Source: a virus
Lineage: Duplodnaviria; Caudoviricetes
IMG/VR virus record: IMGVR_UViG_3300010222_000004
Span: 1-63,202 of that record
Direction: 5' to 3' (one strand)
Length of the DNA stretch: 63,202 bases
A model generated the notes under the pieces. The model ran no database searches and was not told the DNA's origin. It was given only the letters and a program-made list of their open reading frames with translations. Positions 38,869-47,689 of the stretch are shown one piece after another (positions within the stretch are counted from its first letter, which is position 1; the number at the start of each line of letters is the position of its first letter). A program made the translations under genes and the position numbers.

Positions 38869-39504
38869 ATGGAGAAGGCGTACGAAGACCGAGAAACGCT
38901 CCGGCGGCTATACCATAGGGAACAAATGACGATGTCTGAGATGGCGGAGGAGTTGGAGTGTAGCCACACGACCATCCACAAGTACATGGACAAACACGGC
39001 ATCCAAACACGAAGCTCGGCCGAGTCCCGAGAACTCCGCGGTACAGGGACAAACGGGTGGGGCGGTGGTCCTCATCGAGACCCCGAATGGCTCCGCACTC
39101 GGTATCGGGATGAAAAATTGTCCATCGCCGAAATGGCCGATGAAGCCGGTGTTTCGGAGGCGACCATCATTCGTCAGATGGAACGGCACGGAATCGATCG
39201 GCGCCCAGGGCACGTCACCCACGTCCTCCGCAACCCCGGCGCGGGCTTCGTTCAAGCGGATGCAAGAGGGTACGAAATGGTCAAGCATTCCGTGGGAGAC
39301 CATACGTACAACTATCCCATTCACCGGCTCTTGGCGATTGCCAAATACGGCTATGATGCCGTAGAGGGTGCTGTCGTACATCACCGAAATTCTGTCAAAT
39401 GGGACAATCGTCCTGCGAACCTCGAACTCCTTGAGAGCCAATCTAAACACGCAAAGCACCATGACACTTCCCGGCAACGCGACGACCGCGGGCGGTTTGA
39501 GTAG
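38869..39504 (+). CDS. Free-standing HNH endonuclease (HNH_3/I-HmuI-like) with two HTH repeats
   Basis: IHRLLA...VVHHRNSVKWDNRPANLELL...HAKHH. Confidence 0.9.
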   Translation: MEKAYEDRETLRRLYHREQMTMSEMAEELECSHTTIHKYMDKHGIQTRSSAESRELRGTGTNGWGGGPHRDPEWLRTRYRDEKLSIAEMADEAGVSEATIIRQMERHGIDRRPGHVTHVLRNPGAGFVQADARGYEMVKHSVGDHTYNYPIHRLLAIAKYGYDAVEGAVVHHRNSVKWDNRPANLELLESQSKHAKHHDTSRQRDDRGRFE

Positions 39505-39538
39505 CCTGCCGGCCTTCCCCCCCCACCTAGGCCCACTA

Positions 39539-39931
39539 ATGGTTGACATCAATGTCGACATTGAGTGGAAACGTGGCCGGTCGCCGAAGTCGATGATCGC
39601 CCGCCTTGGGGCGTTCGAAAAACGCCTCGACAAAGAACTTGAGGCAGCAATGCAGGACTCGGTACAGTGGGTCGAACGAGATGCGAAGGGACGTGCACCC
39701 ACGGACACCGGGGCTCTGCGAGCATCTCTGGCAGGCATGGTCAAGCCGACGGTGGACGACGCCGTCAAAGGCTATGTTGGGTCGAACTTAGACTATTCAA
39801 AATTCCAAGAATTCGGCACGTCGAAGATGGGGGCCCAGCCCTACCTTCGGCCAGCAATCGAAGCGAACCGCGACCGGATCAAAGAACGGTTTGAGCAAGC
39901 CGTCCACGACGCGGCCCGCGGCCTGTTCTGA
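39539..39931 (+). CDS. HK97 gp10-like tail completion protein
   Basis: APTDTGALRASL...EFGTSKMGAQPYLRPA. Confidence 0.9.
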   Translation: MVDINVDIEWKRGRSPKSMIARLGAFEKRLDKELEAAMQDSVQWVERDAKGRAPTDTGALRASLAGMVKPTVDDAVKGYVGSNLDYSKFQEFGTSKMGAQPYLRPAIEANRDRIKERFEQAVHDAARGLF

Positions 39932-39940
39932 TCCTCAGTC

Positions 39941-40420
39941 ATGGCCTTCGACGAGTCAACCGACCTCACGCCTGGTCGGCCAGCGCATGCTGTCGCGCAG
40001 GCCATCGACACGCTCCGCGGCGACGCGGAGCTCGTCGACTGGCTTGGCGGCGACAGCGATGTGATCATCGACGGCCACGGAAGCGGGGACGTCCCCCCGC
40101 GAGCGCTGGCCGTCGAGGACGTCGTCGGCGGGTCGGCCCAGTCGGGGCAGGTCGAGACGAGCCGCATCACCATCCAAGTGACGCCACTCGTCGGCCGGTC
40201 GGTCTACCGGGCAGAACCGGACCGATACTTGTCGGCTGTCCGCGACCGCGCCATCGAAGTACTCCGCCGGGACGGCATCGGGCCGGGCTATCGGTATCTC
40301 GGCTCGACGGATGACCTCGCGTTTCCCGAACCACAGACGGCCGACGACATCGACGCCGTCATGCAGCACATGGGCCGGGTCCAGTTCGTCGCCGAACTGG
40401 TTGCGAACGACCTGCCATAG
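39941..40420 (+). CDS. Tail terminator candidate
   Basis: Position between gp10-like and tail tube. Confidence 0.6.
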   Translation: MAFDESTDLTPGRPAHAVAQAIDTLRGDAELVDWLGGDSDVIIDGHGSGDVPPRALAVEDVVGGSAQSGQVETSRITIQVTPLVGRSVYRAEPDRYLSAVRDRAIEVLRRDGIGPGYRYLGSTDDLAFPEPQTADDIDAVMQHMGRVQFVAELVANDLP

Positions 40421-40508
40421 CGGCATCGCCACACACCTACCGAGTCCGGGGCGACAGGACTCGCGGCTGGCCGCCCGGAGCGGCCATTCCTGACATACAC
40501 ACAGACCA

Positions 40509-41003
40509 ATGGCAGTTAGTGATTTCAACCCCGAGAATCCGCTTGCCGGCGCCTATGCGTTCATCGGCGTCAGTGACGATCTCTCGGTGACCGACCCGAC
40601 GATCAGCTGGATCGCCTACCGTAGCGACGAGATCAACTTGAGCCAAGATTGGGAGAACGCAGAGTGGTCCTTCCCCGAGCAGGTCGGCACCGTCCGCCAG
40701 TACCTGCACAATTCTCGGGATCTCGAGTTCGCGCTCGCGGCGCACGTCGGTATGTCCGAGCTCAAGGACCTCGGCATCGTCGACGCGAACGACGAGCTGA
40801 AAGACACCGTCACCAAGGATGTCCGCATCAAGGTGTTCAAAAACGTTCCGGACGACGTCGACACGGCGACGGCGGACATGATCGTCGACGGCTACAGTGC
40901 CGAACTGACGATGACGGAGCTCAATCTTGCCCAGGATGGCGGCACGTCCTCGATGGCCGCCTATATCAACGGCAAGGTTGAGATCTACGAGAACAACGCC
41001 TAA
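40509..41003 (+). CDS. Major tail (tube) protein
   Basis: 164 aa beta-rich, precedes chaperone and tape measure; no sheath gene seen. Confidence 0.7.
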   Translation: MAVSDFNPENPLAGAYAFIGVSDDLSVTDPTISWIAYRSDEINLSQDWENAEWSFPEQVGTVRQYLHNSRDLEFALAAHVGMSELKDLGIVDANDELKDTVTKDVRIKVFKNVPDDVDTATADMIVDGYSAELTMTELNLAQDGGTSSMAAYINGKVEIYENNA

Positions 41004-41015
41004 CCAACCCAATTC

Positions 41016-41525
41016 ATGTCCGAGAGCGACACCACGTCCACGACGGAGGCTGCGATCAGTGGCGACGCCGGCTTCGAGGCGCTGGTCGACGACGCCAACA
41101 AGCGCCAGCGCGAGCAGGAGCAGGAGGTGTCGGCCGCCGCGCGCAAGAAACGGCGGTTGCTGGAGGCCAAGCGCCACCGCGAGGAGTCGGCACCGCCGGT
41201 CACGGTGACGCTAACCGACCCCGACAACGAGGACCTTGAACTGCGCCCAGAGCTCTGCGGCGAGGAGTTCATTTTCGACCCGATCTCCAGCGAACACAAG
41301 AGTTTCTTGGAGGATGTCGTTCTTGAGTTCGCCGGCGCCGACCCTGACGGGCAGGACCTCCCGCCGGCACAGGCCCGGAAGATGAAGGAGGCGAAAGAAC
41401 GCCTCCTCCAAATCCTCGTCGAGTACACGGCCGACGCGTACGACGAGTCGTTCTGGACGGAGATGACAGACTACACCGACCGGCAGATCATCGTCGGTGA
41501 CGCCATCGCCGAGCAGGGAAAGTAA
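41016..41525 (+). CDS. Tail assembly chaperone (gpG-like)
   Basis: Ends CAG GGA AAG TAA (GGGAAAG slippery site at 41516-41522). Confidence 0.75.
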   Translation: MSESDTTSTTEAAISGDAGFEALVDDANKRQREQEQEVSAAARKKRRLLEAKRHREESAPPVTVTLTDPDNEDLELRPELCGEEFIFDPISSEHKSFLEDVVLEFAGADPDGQDLPPAQARKMKEAKERLLQILVEYTADAYDESFWTEMTDYTDRQIIVGDAIAEQGK

Positions 41526-41725
41526 CGGGCGGGCTCGCGCCCAGCGAGGCCCGGGACTTCGGCCACGACGGAGGCTTTGGCTTCTGGTGTTTGCTGCGGG
41601 AGTTCGGCCTGACGCTCGAGGAGTTCGCGGCGATGCACCCCAGCGAACGCGCCTTCTACGAAGGCGGCTGGCAACGGCTCAAAGAAGAACGCGATGATGG
41701 CGGCTCCTCGGCGGATCTTGGGTAG
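41516..41725 (+). CDS. -1 frameshift extension of tail chaperone (gpGT-like)
   Basis: -1 frame open for 69 codons: GKVTGGLAPSEARDFG...SSADLG*. Confidence 0.7.
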   Translation, partial: GKVTGGLAPSEARDFGHDGGFGFWCLLREFGLTLEEFAAMHPSERAFYEGGWQRLKEERDDGGSSADLG

Positions 41726-41728
41726 TCC

Positions 41729-41857
41729 ACCCCGACTCGCGAGCTGCTTGACGAGCCCGCCGAGGTTCGGAACGGCGAGGGCACCCTCGTCGCGCTGTGC
41801 AGAGAGTGCCACGGCGAGTGGGAGGGGATCCCACTGAAACCACAGTTCGGCGACTGA
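41729..41857 (+). pseudogene. C-terminal remnant of an HNH endonuclease
   Basis: TPTRELLDEPAEVRNGEGTLVALCRECHGEWEGIPLKPQ*; no start codon. Confidence 0.65.
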
Positions 41858-41896
41858 CCGAACACTTAACAGGCCCGTAGCGACGAAGTAGCTGCG

Positions 41897-42064
41897 ATGT
41901 CGTGGAATCGGAACCAGAAGCTCGGGGCCGTGTGCCTCGTCCTCGGCGGCGGCCTCTGTTTCACCCTGATCGGTGGTATCGTTGGCCTCCCGATGGCGAT
42001 CGTCGGCGCGTGGCTCTGGAAACGCGGCGAAGCACAGAACACCGATAACGCGGCCGCGGCGTAA
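41897..42064 (+). CDS. Small 2-TM membrane protein (moron)
   Basis: MSWNRNQKLGAVCLVLGGGLCFTLIGGIVGLPMAIVGAWLW; own TTAA box about 30 nt upstream. Confidence 0.65.
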   Translation: MSWNRNQKLGAVCLVLGGGLCFTLIGGIVGLPMAIVGAWLWKRGEAQNTDNAAAA

Positions 42065-42116
42065 CTGCGGCACCGTTCTCCACCGGCACGCACCCTTCTG
42101 AGAGACACCTGTACCA

Positions 42117-45100
42117 ATGGCATTTGAAGCGCTCGCAGCCCGGATGACCCTCGATAGCGGCGACTACGTCTCGTCGATCGGAAGAGCGGAGGCCGCGACT
42201 GGCTCCCTCGGCGCCACGGCGTCCGATCTTCAAGGGACGATGGCCGCCGCCGGGGCGGGGATCGCTGCTGTGGCTGCGGGTGGCATGGCCGCGGCAACCC
42301 GCGAGGCCATGCGCATGGGGCAGAATTTTGCGGATCTCCAGAAGGTCACGAGCAAAGGAATTGCGGAAGGGCTTAAAGACGACATCACGTCGCTGTCCGA
42401 GCAACTCCCCATCGCCCGCGAGGAATTGACCACCCTAGCCACCCAGGCCGGGAAGTTCGGTGCCGAGAGCGAAGAGGCGATCGCCGGCTTCGTGTCAGCT
42501 GTGGGACGCATCCAAACCGCGACGGATATGGCTGCCTCTGTCGCCGGAAAGCGCTTCGCGAAGATCGCTGGTGCGGTCGGGATGCCGATGGGTGCCGTAG
42601 ACTCGTTGGGTAACGCGGTGAACAAGTTGGCAGATTCGTTCAAAACCGATGCCGGCGAAATAACTGACACTGCCACGCGAGCCTCAAACGTCCTCGCTCA
42701 GCAGCTCGGCCTCGGCGAAGACGCCGTCGTTGCCCTGTCGGCCACCATGAACGAAGTAAGTTCGTCATCGCGGTTAGCCGCTGGCGGGCTCAAGCGCGCG
42801 GCCGAGGCGATGCTCTCGCCGAAAAAGGTAAGCGACATCGCGGCGGCGTTGGGGATCACCGGCCAGAAGTTCCGGTCTCTACGCCAGTCAGATCCCCACG
42901 GCCTAATGAAGCGAATCGCCAAGCGGATGGCTGAAGGGGGCGAGTCGGCCGCCACGCTCCGCACGGCCGTTGGGACGCGGGCCGCACGCGCGTTCTCGAA
43001 GCTTGGGTCGCAACTCGGGACGACTGAAAAGGCCCAGAAACTCGTCAATCAGCAGTTCGAAAATGGGACAAGTCTCAACCGCGAGCTATCGATTCGGACG
43101 GACACGCTCGCGGGGAAGATGCAACTCGCGGAGGACAAACTCCGCAATCTCGCCGCGTCCACCGGCCAAGCGTACATGCCAGCGGTCAAAGCCGCGGTGG
43201 GGGTCCTCGGTGGGTTCCTTGACCGGCTTACATCCGTCAACGAGGCAACAGATGGGATGGCAGGTGCCATCGGGCTGGCGACGACTCTTGTGGGTGGGCT
43301 GACAGTCGGACTCGGCGGGTTGATTGGCGTCCTGCAAACAAGTACGGCAGCCACGGCGGCGCTGTCAGGGGCTGCGACGGCCTTGTCAACGGGGCTGACG
43401 CTCGTATTGGCCCCGCTGGCTGCCCTCGGGGCTGCGTTCGTCGCCTACAAACAGAACCTGCTGGGGTTCCGGGATGGGGTGGCCCAAGTCGTTGCAACGC
43501 TTCAGTCGTCGTTCGCCCCAGCACTCCAGCAGGCCCGCACGCTGGTAAAAACTGTCGTCACGACCATCGCGTCCGTCTGGCAGCAACGCGGTGGCGAGGT
43601 CATTGCCAGAATTCAGGAAATCGGGAGTCTAATCAAGGCTGATTTAATCCCCGTCATCAAATCACTCGCCCCGATCGTGCAGGGCGCGCTGGCCCGTGTG
43701 ACGCAGTTCTGGAACCAGCACGGCGATGCGATCGTCAACGGCGCCATCACCGCGATTGTTGCGGGGTTGGATGCCCTCGTCGCCGGCTACCGTGCCCTCC
43801 GGCAGGGGGTGCAGGTAGCCCTCCCCGTCATCCTTGATCTCTGGAACCGGTACGTTGAGCCAATCGCCACTCGGGCGGTGGCTGTCTTCCAGTCGGTCGT
43901 CAGTGCTGCCCAGACGTACCTCCCGCAGGCCCGGCAGACAGCCCAGGCGTCAACCGCTGGGATCAGCCAAGTCTGGACGCAGTATATCGAGCCACTGGTT
44001 GCGAGCGCCCAGCGGGTGTTTTCGACCATCCAAGCGGCGGTCGCCCGCTATATGCCCCAGATCCGGCGGATCGTCCGAAAGACGCTCCTCGTAATCGACC
44101 GGCTCTGGACGAACGTGCTCGTGCCGTTGGGACAGATCGCCCAGCAGGTATTCGGCAAAATCGCGTCGATCGTCGGCCGATACATGCCCCAGATCCGGGC
44201 AGTCTTCATGACTGGCGTGGAGGCGATGCGGGCGCTCTGGAAGCGGTGGGGTGACGACATTCTCCGCATCGGGCGGATGGTGTTCAATGCCCTCCAATCG
44301 ATCGTCTCTGCCGCGGTCGATGCACTGACCGCTCTCTGGAATTTCTGGGGCGAGCAGTTCGTCGCCGTCGCGCGGTTCACCTTCGATCTACTGCGCGGCA
44401 TCTTCGAATCGGCACTTAACACGATTGAGGTGATCCTTGACGTCGCCCTAGCTGCGCTCGAAGGTCGGTGGGGCGACGCCTTGGATTACTTCATTGACTA
44501 CTGGAAACAAACGTGGACGGGGATCTTCGACTTTATTTCAAAGTGGGTCGGTCGTTTCATCGGGTGGTTCGACTCAACGTTCGTCCAGCCGCTCATCGGA
44601 TTTTTCGAGCATCTATATCAGAAGATCATTGGCGGGTCGCTCATCCCCGATCTGTTCAACGGCATCCGGTCGTTCGTCGAGGACTGGGTCGGCTCGTTCG
44701 TGGAGTGGTTCAAAACGGACTTCATCGACGTCGTGATCGGCCACTTTGAGACGCTCTATGGTGACGCCCTTGGGTGGGTGTCCGATCTGATCGCCGATAT
44801 TGACTCGGCGATTCGGGGCTGGACACTCGTCTCCGACATCGCGGGGTTGTTGAGCGATGTCGTCTCGAAATTCAAGAATATGTACAACGACGCGCTCGGC
44901 TGGGTCGAAGATCTCATTTCCGACGCCAACAGGGAAGTTTCGAACTGGGATCTCGCGAAAAAGGTTGCCCAAGCAGTTGAGGACGCCAAGAAGGAAGTCT
45001 CGAATCTCTACGAAAACGTCGTCGGCGGGTCGATTATCCCCGACATGGTTGAGGACTCGAACAAAGTCATCAAGCAGTGGGATCTCGGCCGCGTGATGAG

Positions 45101-45350
45101 CAAGCCGATCGACGACGCAATCGGCACCGTTGAGCAACTGCCCGCTGCCGAACCGCCGACGGCGGCGCTCGCCCCGCGGCCGCGCGCCGCCGGCAGCGGC
45201 GGCGACACGATCAACATCGACGTGACGGTCGAAGGCGACGGCGACGAACGGACAATCAAGCAAGCGGTGCAGGAGGCGCTCGACGCTCGTGGGCGCAAAC
45301 AAGAGCGCACGGTACGGACCTCCGCACCCGGGACGTCGCTCACACGCTAA
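42117..45350 (+). CDS. Tail tape measure protein
   Basis: 1077 aa, TP901-like core, periodic W/F amphipathic repeats. Confidence 0.93.
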   Translation: MAFEALAARMTLDSGDYVSSIGRAEAATGSLGATASDLQGTMAAAGAGIAAVAAGGMAAATREAMRMGQNFADLQKVTSKGIAEGLKDDITSLSEQLPIAREELTTLATQAGKFGAESEEAIAGFVSAVGRIQTATDMAASVAGKRFAKIAGAVGMPMGAVDSLGNAVNKLADSFKTDAGEITDTATRASNVLAQQLGLGEDAVVALSATMNEVSSSSRLAAGGLKRAAEAMLSPKKVSDIAAALGITGQKFRSLRQSDPHGLMKRIAKRMAEGGESAATLRTAVGTRAARAFSKLGSQLGTTEKAQKLVNQQFENGTSLNRELSIRTDTLAGKMQLAEDKLRNLAASTGQAYMPAVKAAVGVLGGFLDRLTSVNEATDGMAGAIGLATTLVGGLTVGLGGLIGVLQTSTAATAALSGAATALSTGLTLVLAPLAALGAAFVAYKQNLLGFRDGVAQVVATLQSSFAPALQQARTLVKTVVTTIASVWQQRGGEVIARIQEIGSLIKADLIPVIKSLAPIVQGALARVTQFWNQHGDAIVNGAITAIVAGLDALVAGYRALRQGVQVALPVILDLWNRYVEPIATRAVAVFQSVVSAAQTYLPQARQTAQASTAGISQVWTQYIEPLVASAQRVFSTIQAAVARYMPQIRRIVRKTLLVIDRLWTNVLVPLGQIAQQVFGKIASIVGRYMPQIRAVFMTGVEAMRALWKRWGDDILRIGRMVFNALQSIVSAAVDALTALWNFWGEQFVAVARFTFDLLRGIFESALNTIEVILDVALAALEGRWGDALDYFIDYWKQTWTGIFDFISKWVGRFIGWFDSTFVQPLIGFFEHLYQKIIGGSLIPDLFNGIRSFVEDWVGSFVEWFKTDFIDVVIGHFETLYGDALGWVSDLIADIDSAIRGWTLVSDIAGLLSDVVSKFKNMYNDALGWVEDLISDANREVSNWDLAKKVAQAVEDAKKEVSNLYENVVGGSIIPDMVEDSNKVIKQWDLGRVMSKPIDDAIGTVEQLPAAEPPTAALAPRPRAAGSGGDTINIDVTVEGDGDERTIKQAVQEALDARGRKQERTVRTSAPGTSLTR

Positions 45351-45356
45351 CTCGTT

Positions 45357-45947
45357 ATGCCACACGACGACGCCGGCGAGCCACAGTTCGGAGAAGCAAC
45401 CTATGGCGGCGCCACCGGGACGCAGTATGGCGGTGTCGATCATCCCGCGGCGGTACCGTACAACGCACCGTGGCGGGTCAACTACGTCCGGGTTGACGGC
45501 CTGACCGAGACCCCGACGGCCATCCCCGGCGAATCGGCGAGTTACAACTGTGTCCTACTTCCCGCGGGCGCCTTCCAGGATCATATTGACCGCTGGGCGA
45601 TTCTCCGCGACCGAGTGCGCCGCGGTCCCACCGTCGACACCTGGCAGACGCCCGACGGGAGCGCCCACTACCGCGAACAGCATAGCGCCCCCGACGGCGC
45701 CCAACTCGTCGAGATCGCCCCGCTCGCGCCGGAGCACGATGCGGCCGGCACTCCGCAGGACCCACCGCCGGGGCGCGACTCGGCGTTCCAGGCACGGTAT
45801 GCCGTCGTCACGGGCGGGTCGATCTCGGCGACGCGCGTCCCCAAGGAGGCGACTGCGATTACACTGGAGACGACGACGATCGCCCTTGGCGACGGGTTCC
45901 CAACGCGGGACGCACTCCGCGACGCGCGCGAACATAATGGCTTCTAA
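45357..45947 (+). CDS. Distal tail protein candidate
   Basis: Directly after tape measure. Confidence 0.6.
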   Translation: MPHDDAGEPQFGEATYGGATGTQYGGVDHPAAVPYNAPWRVNYVRVDGLTETPTAIPGESASYNCVLLPAGAFQDHIDRWAILRDRVRRGPTVDTWQTPDGSAHYREQHSAPDGAQLVEIAPLAPEHDAAGTPQDPPPGRDSAFQARYAVVTGGSISATRVPKEATAITLETTTIALGDGFPTRDALRDAREHNGF

Positions 45948-45949
45948 TC

Positions 45950-46927
45950 ATGGTAGCGACACGCACGTTCGACGGCATCGACGCGCTGCACGAAAACCAG
46001 CAGCGGGCGGCGTCGCAGGGGACCGGCCACGTCGACGGCTGCGAGGTGACGCTGGCGAATAACACGACGGCGATCGAACTCTCGATCGCCAGCGGGAGCG
46101 TCCGCATCGAGGACTCGGGCGTCAACGTCGGCAGCAACTCAGTCACGCTCTCGCAGGGCGACGGGCAGTTCCCCCGGAAGGACGTCATCACGGCGAATTC
46201 GAACGGCGGCATCGCCGTCTACGAGGGGACGCCGCGGCGCCCCGACTCGGCGAGTGTCGCGGCCGAAACGACGGCCGTCCGGCGGACGGCCCAGCCCGCC
46301 CCGGACGATCTCGCGGCGGGCGACGACTGGGCCGATCACGTCGTCCTCGCCATCGTCTGGGTGCCGCGACGGGCAGACTCGTCCGATGATCTCAATAGTG
46401 GCGACGTCTGGCAGCGGACCGTCTCCCCCGTCCGCGCCGGCGCGGGCGCAGTCGTCCACGACAGCGTCTCGAAGACTGGCGATGGGTCGAGCAAGCGGTT
46501 CACGCTCTCGCATAGCTTCGGCACTACTCCCACGGACGCGCAAGTCGAGCCGACGACGAGCGCGGCGTCGACGGACTTCTGGGAGGTCGACGTGACCGCT
46601 ACCGATGTTACGATCAAATACGCGGCGGCGCCGGCGAATGGTGCCGCACTCGGCTGGTCGGTAACGACCATCGGCGAGGCGAGCGCCCGGGAGTTTGCGG
46701 TCGACACGCCGACCGCGTCGGGCGACGGGACGGCCACGCGCTTTACGGTTGCGCACTCGCTGACGGAGCTCCCGACGGTCGGCATCGTCACTGCTGCGAG
46801 CGTGGATGCTCGCGGTGTCTTCGGCGTCGACCCGTCGTCGTTCACGAGGTCCGACCTCGTCATCGAATACGATAGCGCGCCACCCAGTGGGACGGACAAC
46901 CTGACGTGGCACCTATTTACGAGGTAG
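45950..46927 (+). CDS. Tail fibre/baseplate protein (paralog 1)
   Basis: GCEV..SGSV..VTL.GD..PR.D domain plus two GDG...FT..HS repeats. Confidence 0.7.
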   Translation: MVATRTFDGIDALHENQQRAASQGTGHVDGCEVTLANNTTAIELSIASGSVRIEDSGVNVGSNSVTLSQGDGQFPRKDVITANSNGGIAVYEGTPRRPDSASVAAETTAVRRTAQPAPDDLAAGDDWADHVVLAIVWVPRRADSSDDLNSGDVWQRTVSPVRAGAGAVVHDSVSKTGDGSSKRFTLSHSFGTTPTDAQVEPTTSAASTDFWEVDVTATDVTIKYAAAPANGAALGWSVTTIGEASAREFAVDTPTASGDGTATRFTVAHSLTELPTVGIVTAASVDARGVFGVDPSSFTRSDLVIEYDSAPPSGTDNLTWHLFTR

Positions 46928-46930
46928 TCA

Positions 46931-47680
46931 ATGCCATATACTCCAGAGACCAGCGACGCGATTGACTCACTCGCAGAGGCCCAACTCCTCGCCGCCTATC
47001 AGCGCAGCGCATGGAAAACGGGGTGCGACGTCACGGTCGGGGCGTCCACCACATCGGTCGACGTCGACATCACGAGTGGGACGGTTAAACTCGAAGGCTC
47101 GGATGCGTCCGTTAGTTCAGGGAGCGTCACCCTGTCGGACGGGCATATCGACCATCCTCGCGTTGACGTCGTCTATGTCGACGCGGCGGGCGCGCTCGCG
47201 AAAGCGACGGGCGCTCCCGAAGCACCCAAGCCGGGCGACCCGTCGAAGGCGGGCGGCCCCGACTACGACGACTGTTTCCGACCGGCGCCATACGACATGG
47301 GCGCGGAGTTCCCGGCGGCGTCGGTCCTCGCGACGGTGTGGGTGCCCGCGAATGCGACGGAGTCGGCGGACCTCCCGAGCGCGGGTGTCGTCGACCGTCG
47401 CATCCCCTACGTCCAGATTGATGGGCTGACGCAATCCGAGGGTGACTCGCGATATATCAACGAGAGCGGCGACACGATGGGCGGCCAGCTCCAAGTCGCC
47501 GATCTCGTCGACGACGTCGGGAACGCCTACGTCACCGATGCGTTCGTCGCCGGCGCCCGCGTCGACCTAGCCGTCCACGCCGAGGACGCCGCCAGCGGGA
47601 GCGATATTGATTTCGCCGTCGACAGTGCCGACCCCGGCCCGCCGGATACGGGCACGCGCATCTGGTTCGACACGAGCTGA
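46931..47680 (+). CDS. Tail fibre/baseplate protein (paralog 2)
   Basis: Same N-terminal domain as 45950. Confidence 0.7.
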   Translation: MPYTPETSDAIDSLAEAQLLAAYQRSAWKTGCDVTVGASTTSVDVDITSGTVKLEGSDASVSSGSVTLSDGHIDHPRVDVVYVDAAGALAKATGAPEAPKPGDPSKAGGPDYDDCFRPAPYDMGAEFPAASVLATVWVPANATESADLPSAGVVDRRIPYVQIDGLTQSEGDSRYINESGDTMGGQLQVADLVDDVGNAYVTDAFVAGARVDLAVHAEDAASGSDIDFAVDSADPGPPDTGTRIWFDTS

Positions 47681-47689
47681 TACCTGCCG

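Noticed and set aside
37464-41010. CTAACCAA half-sites at about 37464 and 41000
   Set aside because: No partner inverted arm; explained by a stop codon plus short spacer.
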